From NCBI RefSeq assembly GCF_009914755.1, contig NC_060927.1: a stretch of 64,000 nt of DNA; one strand, given 5' to 3'. The stretch is from the human T2T-CHM13v2.0 reference genome, Homo sapiens. Under the pieces are notes generated by a model, which was given only the letters and a program-made list of their open reading frames with translations, had not been told where the DNA came from and searched no databases. The translations under genes were made by a program, and so were the position numbers. Of this stretch, positions 1-13,753 are shown in pieces (position 1 is the stretch's first letter; each line of letters opens with the position of its first letter).

Positions 1-477
1 ACTTATCAATTACATTCCCTGTAGTTATAGATACTGACCCAGGGATGGCAAGTACATTTCAATTTATGGTGGTTTTGTCCACAACCATATCCAGGATCAT
101 CAAGAACAAATACTGTGAACCATGTTTATGTTTACCCAAGGTTTTGGGATGAGGGAGGCCCCAGGGTGACTACCTTGCCCAAAACTGGCCTTCCCTACGT
201 GACACTCTGCTTTTACCTATCTCATTTCTTGTTGTGTACCTGTTTGGGTGCAACCACAAAGGTAAAGGAGAGAGCTCTGGCTTCCTGGAGGGAAAAGCCA
301 CGCACATTTTTGCCATGGGTGAGAATTCTAACTTGAGAAAAAAAACTGAGGATGAGCAGACTCTAAGCTGCGCAGGCCCTCTCTGACAAGCTGCTTGCTG
401 AGCTCAGGGTCACAGATCTCCCTTAATCAAAACAACACTGGGAAATCCATGAGGCTGAAACTTCCCCAGGCACTCAC

Positions 478-573
478 CGCCACCTCGACTTGCTGCTTGT
501 AATTTTGCACTTTTAGCTGAAGTTTATCCATCTGAGTTTGCATCCTGCTCAGATTCTTCTTGTCTTCCTCTGC
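478..573 (-). CDS. MYH15: MYH15 exon, 96 nt (start of assembly-competence domain)
   Basis: ttgcag|GCAGAG ... GTGGCG|gtgagt; AEEDKKNLSRMQTQMDKLQLKVQNYKQQVEVA. Confidence 0.96.
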
Positions 574-2134
574 CTGCAATACATAGGCATGTATGGGAAG
601 GTGATTCAGAGGATCCAGCAGTCTACGTTGGTGTAGTCTCATGTGGGGAAATAAGGATCAGGGAACTTTATTAAACATCATCTCAGAGTTGTGATTTTAA
701 CAATGGGTTTAACTCACCCAAGTTCCAAGAAATTGATAAATAGAACTGTCAGTACTAACAGTCATTTGTCCTGATCCATCAACCTTTGCTGAAATGGGAG
801 TTAAACCCATTAGGTTCAGTTTGGGTCTTCAGTCTTTCCAGCTCAACCAAGCTATATCTGCCTGAAGCTATATCTGTATACTTAAAATTAGTAGTGAATT
901 ATCTACTGTTATATTTTACTTTAAGGTGGTGGTAGTGGGGGTGCATTCAGATGACGAAAACAGCAATAGCTTTAGCTATAGCTAAATAAAAAGCTGTATC
1001 TTTATTTAGCAGGAATGAAGTGCATTATTATAAAAGCCACATATGCAAAACTGAAAACCAATTGCTCCCCAATCAAAACAACTATTCCTTTGAACTTTCT
1101 AATTGACTCTTGGTTTTGAGTAATAGAACTATAGAAAAGATAAATTTTCTGGAATTCTGATGCGGAGATAGCAAGGAAGATTCTACAAGCTGTGGGGACC
1201 ATGGTGTGCCCATTCTCATTGCCTCAATTACAATCCAGCCTCGGGCTGAAGAAAGGAAATCTGGTGGGATAATGTTTCTCAACTGTGCTCTGCAGAGCCT
1301 TTGGTATTCCAGAGAGAGAGGAGGCTAGAGGCAGGCAGGTAGATAGGGGTCTGCCTGCCCCCTCTTTCCTCATGCCCCTTTAACTGGAATATTTCCATAT
1401 TGGAGCTATTGTACTTTTCAAAGGAAGAAAATATCTCAATTTGCTCAGGGTTGAGAAGCTGATTTAATCAAGAAAGATCTACTACTGCTTAAAATTGTTT
1501 TCTGGCTCCATTTGACCTATTCCATCAAGTATGAACTTTTTTGGCAGCTTTAATGTTCCCCCTACTTACCTTCCATTCCCCCCACCACCACGAACCCACT
1601 CCAACCAGGTCACATTCTCCTGTTTCCCCAGAGCTCCCCTGCTCACTCTGTCCTCCTTAGGTTTAGCCAAGCTATTCTCATCATCTGGAATGCTCCCCCG
1701 CCACACACACCACCACCTTAAAGTACCATGTAAAAGTAGATATTAATAATTACTAATTTTAACCATCAGGAGGCAGGGATGAATATATATGAAAGAACCT
1801 AGTTGGGGAACTGAGACAAGTCTGGTTCAAATAAAATCCCTTCTTTGTTTTTATCTGCCTATCCCTCAACTTGTCAGGTTTATAAAATTCAAAAGACTCA
1901 TAGCATTATGTGCTTACAGTAAATTATAAAATCAACACAGGTTTAATTGCTAATAATCAGTTTACTGAGAAGAGAGTAAATTGGTCATAAAGGAGGCCAC
2001 ACAGAAGAAAACTGAAAAAAGCTAGAAGTGGTTGCTGATGTTACTGATGTCCCTCCCACATGGGAAGGCAAAGCCATTGATGTTAGGCCTAGGTTCCCAT
2101 CTCAGCTCTAGGGCATTGAGTAACTGGTGACCAT

Positions 2135-2558
2135 GACTATGCACGTCCTAGATTTCCTATCAAGAAAAGAACTTGACATTCAGCTGTGAGAAGTGCAGTT
2201 ACCTGATAACCTCCAACTGCAGTGCCTTTGGGACCCGCCACAGCATTAGCATTGAGGCCACACACTTCCCAGGCAGCCCCCAGGCAATAGCTGGGCATAG
2301 TGAAGTCACTAGTGTCTGGCCATTTCTGCCCAACATGGGAGTCCTTTCTGGGCAATCTTTGTGCTGGAGACTTGCCCAGAGCTGCACTATAGTCTGACGC
2401 TCTTCCCTTCTCCTCTTCCTCCCTCAGCCTCTCCCTTCACGTCTCTGCCCCATCCTGCTTGCTTGCATCTTCATCCTTCATAGATGTTACTTCTAATAGA
2501 TCTCTTGTACATCTAACTCTATCCTGGCATTTGGTTCCTAGAGAACCCTCTCAACACA
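2135..2558 (+). mobile_element. Old ERVL-type solo LTR (LTR16-like)
   Basis: ggccatttctgcccaacatggga motif and LTR16-like 3' end (ctaatagatctcttgtacatctaactc...gagaaccc...aacaca); boundaries approximate. Confidence 0.6.
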
Positions 2559-3840
2559 GCAACTTAACCAAATTGTATTTCCTTATCCCTAAAAATGATA
2601 CTACATTCTTGACTAGATGTGTAAAGATTAAATAATATCTATACAGATTCCTGGATGTAGGAGGCAGTTGATGGTAGAACCGAGTAGATGGGTGGAGAGT
2701 GAGGGGCAGAGGAACTATCTTGACCTTCTATAGCAGTTACAAGTACCTAATCTTATGTTCTGCTTTATAGCACATTTTTCTAGGTGCTGGAGAGAGAAAA
2801 TAGGACAAGTTTCCAAATGCTAAGGGGATATAAAGGAGAAGATAAATGCAGCATGGGGACCAGCCATAGAACTGTCATGGAGTGGGACCACACTTGACTC
2901 CTTTCCAGTAGCAGAATCTTCCCAGAGGACTTTTCCTAAGAAAATGATATTTGTGTCCCTTTCAAAATGACATTTTTAATTGCACCTAGGAATGGGCTAT
3001 CACCAAACACCCTGCCTCCTTGTCCTGGTGGTTATTTTGATGATTGAGATGACTCAGCGTTAACCTTGAACACTTCAAAACCAAGTACCAGGAAATGTGG
3101 AGTGTCCTCTAATGTCTTTTTAAACTTACAGGGTCTAGCCTAATGATATTAGCTGATTTGATGGCAGAAAATAGGCCTATCTAAGCATTCTGCAGACACT
3201 TGGAAGAAATTAATAAATGTACCTCATTCTAGTACATGAGAAACACTAGGATTATTACAATGAAGAAACAAAGGTAAGACACGATAGAACAAGAATGCAT
3301 TCCTTGGGACAATGAAAACCAAAAAAATATATAACTTTGGTTTTTTGTTCCATAATGAAGTTGTTTACAGAATAAAACAATAAGAAGAATCAATGGGAAA
3401 ATAAAAAGGAAAATCCAGACATTAAAGCAGCATTTCATGTCATCAACATGGGTGGCTTCTCCACCTTCCTCAAAGTAGAATAGCAAACTTTTAAGTTCCC
3501 AAGGTGTTTACCTACTTAGCCACACATACCATGGGCCCACTTCTCAGTGGCTTTGATATACCTAGCATGGTCTAAAGAAGTGTCAGACTAACTCATCTTA
3601 CAAAAGGAACCGCTTAATAATAAAAGAGCTGTGCAAGTAGCTTGTTTCATCTTAATTAGCCCAAGATGATGCTTCTGAAGTGCTGTGCTTTCTTATCTAT
3701 CCTTCCTGCTGCAAGGGAAGAAGACTTTGACATCTTTAACAACTCAGCCTCAGGAACCAGAATCAGGAGTAGCAGATCTTGCATTGGCATTGTCAAAGAA
3801 GCTGTAAAAATGGGTGCCTAAAATAAATTTGCCTTTGTAT

Positions 3841-3966
3841 TGGAATAAGCTGTCATGTGCAATGTGAGAGGGCTGGGATAAGCTATCATGTGCAGTGTGA
3901 GATAGCTTACTGTCCAGTGTGAGATAGCTGGAACAAGCTATCATGTGCAGTGTGAGAGGGCTGGAA
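3841..3966. repeat. 33-bp minisatellite, 3 full units plus 1 partial
   Basis: Unit tgga(a/t)aagctatcatgtgcagtgtgagagggc at 3841, 3874 and 3929; partial unit at 3907-3928. Confidence 0.9.
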
Positions 3967-4760
3967 AGTGACTTTTAGCATCTGTGTTCAACAGTGGAAA
4001 TCACACATCTACTGTGTGATAGGAGGATGCCAGACCCTGGAGGGGAGAAAAATACAGTGCCTCTGCCATCAGAGAATCTATGTTGACTGCATTAGAAGGA
4101 AAAGGGAAGCAATGGTTGAAAGTGAAAATGTAGATGATGATATTTTTACTTTAGAAATGCATTAGTCACTTGTAAGAAGTCTGCCCACCTCTTTTCAATT
4201 ATTGCTTGAGACCAATGTTAGTCAACAGGTTAGATTCAGAAAGCTTCAGAGGTCTCTCTTTAGTATTTTGTTTCCACCTGGCACCAGCAACAGTGTCCTC
4301 AGTGGCCTTGAGTGTTTGCGCAACCAGAAAATAGGAGTGGAAATGCCCCCCGCTGCAATTGAATCAGCATCCCATGTAACCTGCCAGCTGGGTAGCCACC
4401 CCGAGCCTCTGCCATTAACTTCATTTACACATTGTTCTCACTCAGCCACTCACAGGAAGGCATCTTTATGAAAGCACTGCAAACACTATGTGTGAAAAAA
4501 TCCAGATGGTATAAATAGCTTTTCACTTCTAATTGCAACTTGCCCCTCACATTTTGTTTCCTGAGAGCTCTGAAAAGAGACCGATCCAAACCACTAATAG
4601 CACAGGAGCTCTGGGAGGGTGAGTCAGTGTCTACTGCTGAAGGAGAATAAAGATGAAGAGAGAACGGCAGGAGTCCCAGAAGGCCATTTCAGGCTTGAAG
4701 GAGTACTTTTCTGCAGGGTAGTGCCCAGCCAGACAAACAGGGAATGGTTTCCTGGAGTAC

Positions 4761-4865
4761 CTGATAGGTCAGCTCTTTGATGCATCGCTCAAGTCTGCGG
4801 GCTCCCCTCTGGGCCTCTGCACTGCGACGGATTTCACCCTCCAGTTCACCTTCCAGTTCACGAAC
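4761..4865 (-). CDS. MYH15: MYH15 exon, 105 nt
   Basis: ttgcag|GTTCGT ... TATCAG|gtactc; [35 protein letters not shown]. Confidence 0.96.
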
Positions 4866-5364
4866 CTGCAACCAAAACGTGACCTCAGACCAGACGCTGC
4901 CACCAAGTCTGGCATTCTATTTGCTGATTGGCACAATCATTTGAAAGACAGCAAAGTGTCAAGGGAACATGCACACACTGTTTTTGGTGCTTAAACAGGA
5001 CAGTGTCTCTGGGAAAACTCTCTCGCCAAAAGTAAGATCTTTTATGGATTCATAAAAGAACTATTTAGACTGAAATATGTGAAAGGCTAATTCACACAGA
5101 TATGAGAAGCTTTTTTCTTGAATTACAAAACCACACCCAAAGTGTATGTATGAATGTATATGTAAGTATAGAGAGTAAGCAATGTGTAGCCCATTTGAGG
5201 ATTTGGTCAACATACTACCTAATCTTAAGCTGCTTTCCCTATGTTCAGCTCTGACTCTCTAAAGAAATCAGATGCTGAGTTTATGTCACATGTATGTCAC
5301 CCACAACCCTCCAGTCCTGCTTGAGCTGCCTGCTGCCTTATAGAGTTACACAAATGAGCTTAAC

Positions 5365-5720
5365 ATTCATTCAATGCAGGTGCCTGCTACATACCACACC
5401 CCAGTGCTAGCAATACAGCAGTGAACAAAACAAACAAAAATCTCTTCCCTGAATTAGCATACGTTCTAATGAGGGGAAGCAGACAGACAAAACAAAGTAA
5501 AATGTAGGCTATGTTGATGGAGATAAGTGCCATAGAGAGAAATAAGGCAGGAGAGGGAGTAGGGAGTTGATGTTGGCTGCTCCCCCTGCCTAGGGGGCTC
5601 TTACCCAGATATCCTCTTTTCCTGCCTTCTCCTTGACGCCAATGCCACCTTCTCCAAGGGGCCTTCTTGAGGACGGGAAGGCCAGTGCCCTGAGGCAAGA
5701 ATGTGCCTAGCACATCTGAC
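5365..5720 (-). mobile_element. L2 3' end with internal inversion
   Basis: Begins with cattcattcaat (reverse complement of the L2 tail), then cagcagtgaacaaaac, aagtgccatagagagaaataaggcagg and ccctgaggcaagaatgtgcctagc. Confidence 0.8.
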
Positions 5721-7550
5721 CCCACCTCTTACTCCCCACTGGAGCCATTCTTCCCTCCTGTACCTCCTCAGAGAGGTGCAACGTGAAGGGAGGGGAGCAA
5801 GTGTGAGACTTCCTTGTGGATAAAGCCCATTTAAAGCAATCTTCTGACACCTGCTATATAGGAACCTGACACACAGTTCTGTCTGTCGGGATGTGAGCTC
5901 TTACAGGCCCCTCTACTTTTTTTAAGCACTCCTTAAGAATTTTGGGGGGGGATTAAAGTGATTAAAACACCTTGAGGAAAAACTGCTCTACTAAAGCAAA
6001 TCCTAGACATTATGTAATTCCACCTGTAAATACTATTGGATATCATTCTAATAGGTAATGATGGTATCATGGTTGTGTCTTTAAGAATATTAACCATAAT
6101 TCCTTAGTATTATCTGATATTAAGGAGTTCATTGCTGGTCGTTGCTACTGAGTTATCACTGGTTCTAGGCCATAATAGTGAACAAACAGCAATTGGAAAT
6201 AAAACCTGGCAATCTTAAAACTGAGTTGGAAAAACCAGTTTCATGTATTTTTTAGGGGAAAAATGCATACTTTTAAATTTTATACCTATATGCCGTTTCT
6301 CTTATACCAAAAATCTTGGTTCTTATATATGTCATTGGATAAACTTACTGCTAATAGCAATTAAATGTTGGTATTTTGAAGTTATAAATGCATGGTTTTT
6401 GCCATTCTTTTGTTATTTTGTCCTTATATTGAGGGATGTATGGACAAAACATTATGTTTAAAAGTCACTGAGAATAATTCTTACTTGTGTATGTTTAATG
6501 CCCCCAATTTAATATATCATTAACTTCATTTGCTTCCATTGGTGTTAAAATTTTAGAGACTGCTGAGTTTTTTTCTTTGACTTAAACTTGTTTTTTTAAT
6601 TATAAAGTATGCAAATGATTTATATGATTTTCCAATCAAAACAACTAAACAAGGTACATTAGGAGGGTCCAACTGTCATCTCTGTGTTATCCTCTCATAG
6701 ATAGCCATTTTTATTTTTCTGATTTATCCTGTTACCATTTCATTTTGAAAATATAAGCAAATGTGTACACCTTCATATTCTCCCACTTTCTTGAACAAAA
6801 GGGTATATACGCTTTCCACATTGCCCTCACTGTATGACTGTATGGAGGTACCCGAAATGGACATGGGTATTCCATTGTATGGATATACCATAAACATGCA
6901 AAGGTGATACCTTATTTTTTAGAGGCCCTTTTGAACAATTGAATCCTAGTTGAATATTCTTTCCATTCTTGTAGCATTTATCATATGCCTTGTCTGTAGT
7001 CATTAAAATTGATTCAATAATTTTACAAATCTTATTTTCAAGATGCTATTACTCATTTTTAAGCTCCCTGAAGGCAGATACTACATCATTTCTGTCAGTC
7101 CTTACTGTATCTTCTCTAAGTCTTTCTTGATCATTGATTTAGTTGTTTTCTCTCTCCTTTCTCTGGCTGTCAGAAAATGGGCATTCTCTGCAGAGGAATT
7201 AACGGGAGAAAAGGCACAGAAACAAGACTGCCAGGGGTGTGTTTGGAAACACCAGGTAGCCTTGGAGTGAGAGCCTGGAGCTGGTGAGGTGAGCAAGAAG
7301 GGCTGCAATGTTAGTTAGCAAGAGGGAAGGCAGATTTCATCCAGTCCAAGGAAAGTCCTATGTGCTCACCCAAAGTCAAGCAAAGAATGAATGCATATAT
7401 TGAGATCTGACACTCTTAAATATCTGAAAGTACTAAAAGCAAAAGTGATAAAGGGTATGTGTGTTGGGGGGCAGATCTAGTGTCACATTCCAGGACAAAG
7501 AGGTCTTGAATTGGGGACTGTCAAGCCCTCATGATTACCCAGACTCCTAC

Positions 7551-7721
7551 CCTGGATTCTAGTTTCTGGATTTGCTTTCTACTCCCCATCAGGGCCATCT
7601 GTTCAGCTTCAGCCAGCCTTTTCTGTAAGTCTGTAATTGTCTGCTCCATATTTTCTCTTGTCCTTTCCAAGTGGGCAATGGTGTCTTGCTTCTTCTTCAG
7701 TTCTTCTGACAAGTTTGCTGC
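7551..7721 (-). CDS. MYH15: MYH15 exon, 171 nt (skip 4 region)
   Basis: ccctag|GCAGCA ... TCCAGG|gtagga; [14 protein letters not shown]...[15 protein letters not shown]. Confidence 0.96.
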
Positions 7722-9821
7722 CTAGGGGGTTAAAAAAAGGGACTGAGCTAGTTCAGCAGTCAATTGATCTTAACATTTTTACCCATGATCTTTAGTTCCT
7801 GGTCTGACTGGCTGCCACGCCTTGCCTCTATGTATGTGATCTCTTCCCATTATAATCTCCCTAACCACTACCACCCTCGAGTTTGTTAACAGTAAGGCAA
7901 TAGAGACAGCAGTAGCTACAGGAGAGAACAGGGTAAGGAGTGGTGGAAACAGACTAAAGATGAAGAAACATATGAACATTATTATGCAACACCTGTATTA
8001 AAATAAAGATGACCAACTGAAGCAATGGCTTTTAATTGAATAAAGCACTGGGATGACTGATTATTGAATAAAGTAACCGGTGTCACATTAATGCACCAGG
8101 AAAGATATGGAGAAGTGCCTACAAAAATCTTTTCACATCTCACTTCTATAATTCTGTGATTCACTACACAAACAAGTTTGGCTCCAGGAATTTGGCAGTA
8201 ACAGATGCTCTCACTGCCAATAATCTGGCAAGAAAAAGGTTAATTGTGAAGCCTGCTCTTGGCTTTGGCTGTGTGTACAAGGGCTTGGTGTCTCAATGCA
8301 ATCATTAAGAACTGTTTTGAGAATCTCTAGGTACATTTAATGTAAGAACATGGCCCTCACAGCCCAAGCTTTTCTGTCTATCAGGTTACCAACCATCTGC
8401 AGAATTTAAGTGTGAGACTTCTATGCAGATGGTGAGGGCAAAGAATGAATTACATTCTGTGATGTGGGGTTGGGACTCAGAGCTAAACTGTGGGAGGCTT
8501 GGAGGCTGGGGTCAGAGATGAGTTCACTTTTCAACACTGTCAAGAAAATCTTATCAAGGCAAGATTAAGCAGAGAGCATCTTCATAATATATGATTGCAT
8601 ATGTTTGTCAAACAGGAGCAGCTATTTTTATTCCTTTCTACCTGTGTGGATTTTCATAAATGTTACACATATTTGTTCCCTTGGCCATCAAACATCTTCA
8701 AGATTTCACACACCTCGTTTTCCTCAGAGATCAGAATATCCGCCTTGATACAAAAGGGATGAGTGAATAGGCATGGTTGCCCATTCTTAGAGGGGGCTGG
8801 ATTCTACAATGATTAGGTGGTTGGGATTTGGTGCAATGGTTTTGTTTAGTTCCCCAAGTGTTAAATAACTTGAGCAAATATAGATACAAGCTCTTCACCT
8901 CCTTTGAATTTTAAAGTGACTAATGTAAAATATAATCAAATGTCCTGTCTCCTAGTTTAGCAGGGGAATCTGCTTCCCTTCATGTGGGAGGATCAGGGCT
9001 GTTGCATGTGGCTGTGCATTTGATGGGCTGCACAAAAGCTCTTGATGGAGAAGGGGTGAGCAGAGACAGAAACCAACCCCAAGCCCCACTCTGCAAGCTC
9101 TGGGACCTTCAAAGCTGAATCTGCCACACACAAACCTCCCCCTCCACTAACATATTTTTCCCAGTGGTACCTTCCGCTAACCATGCCCTCTGAGAGAAGT
9201 GCTGCATCTGCCCACAGGGGGTGCCCAGAGGGTGGCCTTTTTTCAGTCCCTATGAAGGTGCGCCAAAGCTGGCAGCCAACTCTGAGCTCAACATCATTTA
9301 GGAAAATCACTGCCATCATCAACTGGAAAATAAAGAAAGTACAGCAGCCCTGAAACCCTTTTTTACCAACCTGATTTTGCTCTTCAAGCAGTAGTACAGG
9401 TTGTAAAAAAAATAAGTGAATTAAACATTCTTTCCAAATCATCATCATAAAACTGTTATAGACCCTAGGAAAAATAGCTTTTTGTAAGGAAACACAGAAA
9501 GAATTGTTTCTAGACACTAGATGTATTGATTCACAAATGAAAAGTGGCTTAACCAAAACAAAAGAAGACTCCTGCTTTTATAAGGTTTTGCTTATAGCAA
9601 TTCAACTGCTCCTTTTCATCACCAGGGTATGTTGGTGGGAGGAGCTAATTGGCCTAATTTTTCAAGATGAGAACAGGGAGGCAGAGAGGTCAGACTAACC
9701 TCCTCCTGGCTGTATGGGAAATCAATGGAATACTTTTTGGCTGCAGATGTGGCCCTGCCCCTTGGCCACTGCGCCAGTGAACTCTGGGAGACAGGATTGA
9801 GTACGTGGTCAAGGGACCCAC

Positions 9822-9947
9822 CTCAATGGCTGCCTTCTTGGCCTTCTCTTCTGCATTTTGACACTCCTGCACCACCTCTTCAGCTTCTTTCTGCATCCGG
9901 GCAACATCAGCCTCCAGTTTCTTCTTCTGGCTGAGGAGGCTTGTGTT
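9822..9947 (-). CDS. MYH15: MYH15 exon, 126 nt
   Basis: ctttag|AACACA ... ATTGAG|gtgggt; [42 protein letters not shown]. Confidence 0.96.
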
Positions 9948-10710
9948 CTAAAGAAAAGCAGCATTCCTATTAGGCAAGTAAAAACCAGCAATGCAAATGC
10001 AAGCTGGTCTGTTCAGGACATGCAATGGGAGTCAGCTCTGGCCAGAAGCAAATTTTATTATAGTGAGCCATAGTCCCTTAAGCAGTGCTCCCAATCCCGA
10101 AAGGCTTTTGCCATCAAACTTGAATGGAAGGGATTTCACCCATTAGAAGTTCAAGACTAAAGAGATGGCAGCCTGAATCAGAAGGGAAGAAGGGTATCTA
10201 GATAACCTACAAGCCCCAAACGTGTTTGGTTTTCAATGGGTTGAGGAAATGTTTCTCTGCCACTTGCTTTTGGATGTGGTAGAAACAAGTGTTCTAGAGC
10301 AGAAGTTGGGGTCAGTTGCAGACATCTGAGGAGCAGAGGTTGGGGAATAAAAATTGTAACTCCAAGTATGCTGCTCCAGAAACAAACAAAAAAAATCATT
10401 CCTCTTCTTTTTCTACTTCCCTTCCTATCTTACTTTACAGTGAGGAGGTGGGGAAAGTAGTTCAGAATAAGCCTCCTCCAGCCCTTAGGTACCCTCATTA
10501 CCACGGAGGATTCTTTGTGTTCTGTGGTTGGTGCTGCCCTAATTCTTTCCTTCCTGAGTTGTGACACTAGAGGCCAAATATCCTTTTGCTGCTGTTTGGT
10601 CTGTGTTTGAAGCCCAGCTTTTCTGAGGGTGTGAAAACTCGCAGTGTATATAAAAGGCATAGGCTTTCTATTTTTTTATTTCTCCTTTCACTTTATCCGT
10701 TTCACATTCA

Positions 10711-11109
<399 letters not shown>

Positions 11110-11704
11110 CTACCCCATTTCTCTATGGCATGAAGCATCTTTATCAAGACTGCCATCTTTTGTCCTTATGGAAAGCCAGGCCCTGTATACCTCCTAGATT
11201 TCCACTGCCATGGCCTGAGAGATGGGGTGGAATTAAGTTGTATTTTCCTGAAGTGTTTTTTGGATGCTCACAGCACAGACTCCATAGAAACTATTTCTTT
11301 GTAGAGGAAGGTATAAGTACAAATACTAATTTGTTTGTACATAGAATCCTTTAAAATTTGCTAGGGAGACAAGGGTTTAAATCTTTGCAAACTGAATTAC
11401 TCTCTAATTTGTTTTTTTTTTCTTTCTTTTTTTTTTTTTTAGGAGAAAGGGAGTTAGGAAGTGCTTTGCAGAAAGGTAATCTAGATTGTCACAGCTCAAG
11501 TTTGAAAAAGACACTTGTAATCAGTCAAAGATAAGTTTAGCCTCAAATGTTAGTCCTAGGCTGGAGATCTGGAAATGCAGGAGGTAGCTAAGAAGGCTCC
11601 CTAAAAGGTTCAGTATGTTTTGCTTGATAATGTTCTAGTAACTGCAAGGTGCCGCAGCATGGTTTAGGTTGGGGAGAGGTCCTTGTGAATAATATCACCT
11701 AGAC

Positions 11705-11875
11705 CAGTGCTGGTCAAAGGGTAGTCTTTCTATGAGCAGTAGCACCTGAGAACATGTTCACTTTCTAGGTCCCATTGCAGAGCTTCTGATTTAGTGGATC
11801 TGGGGTGAGATCTGAGAATTTACATTTTTGTGTTAGGGATTCTTATATGTACACATCAAGTTTCAGAAACTCTGC
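11705..11875. mobile_element. MER5-type hAT MITE
   Basis: cagtgctggtcaaag...ttctgatttagtggatctggggtg...aagtttcagaaactctg. Confidence 0.65.
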
Positions 11876-12071
11876 CCTAGAGACCAGGTCTCCTCTACCT
11901 AATTTTCTTCTTCCCCAAATCCTCTCCTCTCTATGAATGCTTTTTCTCTAGCTGATCCTCATCTCTCTCTAGGCTAGTTATTTTGCATCATATTGGATCC
12001 CACTGGTGCATTATCATGTATGATATGCATGGCAAATGATTTGTTACCAACAGCAATTAAGTACTATAGAC

Positions 12072-12391
12072 CAGCGGTCCCCAACCCATTTGGTTTCATG
12101 GAAGAAAATTTTTCCATAGACCAGGTAGCAGGGTTGGGGGGGAGACGGTTTGGGGATGAAACTGTTCACCTCAGATTATGAGGCATTAGATTCTCCTAAG
12201 GAGCATGCAACCTACATCTCTCACATGAGCAGTTCATAAGAGCATTTGCACTCCTATGAGAATCTAGTGCTGCTGCTGATCTGACAGGAGGCAAAGCTCT
12301 CTCCCCTGCAGCTCACCTCCTGCTGTGCAGCCCAGTTCCTAATAGGCCCCAGACCTGTACTGGTCTGTGGCCCAGGGATTGGGAAACCTTG
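12072..12391. mobile_element. MER1B-like hAT-Charlie element
   Basis: TIRs cagcggtccccaacc / ggattgggaaaccttg; internal gggatgaaactgttcacctcaga; 8-bp TSD-like ctatagac/ttctagac. Confidence 0.85.
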
Positions 12392-12676
12392 TTCTAGACA
12401 GTGGATGAGTTACTTTTTTAAAAAAAGTCTGTAGTCTATTTTATAAGAATCCAACTCATTGTATTTAAACTTTCTTGAAGGAGAAAAAAAAAATGTTTGA
12501 GTTAGCCTGTTGGGAATTATCTATAACCTACAGACTATTTGTTCTATACCACATGGTACCCAGACGGGATTGTGTCATACACATGGACACAAAAGTCAAA
12601 CTGTAGGCACAAACTAATTACAACATCTTTCAACAGGCACATTTCTGGTTTATACTTTCTTTTATCCAGTATTTTT

Positions 12677-12855
12677 CAGTAGGGGGAACATTGGCATTCT
12701 GGAAGGGGCAGTTCCTTGGGATTATCCTTCACCTTGAAGGAGTTTTGGTATCTCTGGACCCTACTCACTAAATGCCAGTGGTATTTCCCAGTCACTGTGG
12801 CAACCAAAATGATCCCACAGATGTTTCTAAATGCCCCAGAGTGTAGCAGTTCTGC
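12677..12855. mobile_element. MER20-family hAT MITE
   Basis: ctactcactaaatgccagtgg...gtcactgtggcaaccaaaatg...ctaaatgcccc. Confidence 0.6.
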
Positions 12856-12879
12856 CCCTAGGTGCTTTAATCTGTCCTT

Positions 12880-13330
12880 CACAATAATCACCACAGTAAA
12901 ACTTCCTAAAATGCAAATCTGATAACTTCACTCTTAGCTACTCAAAATTCTTCAGTGGCTCTCCATGAGCTGCAAGATAAAATTCAAACTCCATCACTCT
13001 CAGGCTCAGGGTCACTGGTGACCTGGCCCCACCTATCTCAGCATGATTTCTGATCCTTCTGGCTATCCACCCAATACTCTAGCATGTGAATTTCCCTTAG
13101 AATCCTAAACTCCTTCCCCCTGCCCCCATGTCTCTGCCCTTGACTTTCCTCTCTACCTGGCTGGCTTCTTACATGTCCTTCATGACTCAGAAGAAGCATA
13201 CTGTGCAGCTACCTAACTCTTGGATTGTCAAAGAAGGCTTTCTGTAGGGGTGTGCTTGCTATATCATTATACTCTTAGCAGTGTACTACAATTGCTTAGT
13301 TCAATCTTCATTTTTTTAGGACAGTGGAGA
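12880..13330 (+). mobile_element. Degenerate L2 fragment
   Basis: ttcctaaaatgcaaatctgataacttcactc...cttcagtggctctcca...ataaaattcaaactcc. Confidence 0.65.
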
Positions 13331-13753
13331 CATTCTGTGTCTATACCATCCATACCAGTCCAGGTTATGGTGGGGGTGCCCTATAAACACTTATCACACA
13401 ACCCATTTACTATAGATGTTTGTCCTAGAAACTATGGCTTCTTCTGATTCTAGGATAAGGAGAAGGATCTAAGAATTCTTGCTTCGTGTCACTTACATAA
13501 CCTTCCATTAGAAGCCAGAGTCCAGACGGTGTATCATATTTGTCAGCAGCCACTCAGAATTGTTAGGGCTTTCCTGGCTCCAAGACAGGAGCATTGTTTT
13601 TATCCTGGGATGCTGGGGAAGCACATGGCTTAGAGAGAGCAGGAGAACCAGGAGCAGGAGTGGTTCTGGAACATTAGGGAATGTTCATCCCTCCCTCCCC
13701 AGCATCCTGGCTGTGGATGCCCTGACAATCCATTCTTCTGGCATAAGGCTTAT

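Noticed and set aside
8993-9556. 187-aa minus-strand intronic ORF
   Set aside because: No recognisable domain, non-ATG start, no place for it in the complete myosin exon chain; probably chance.
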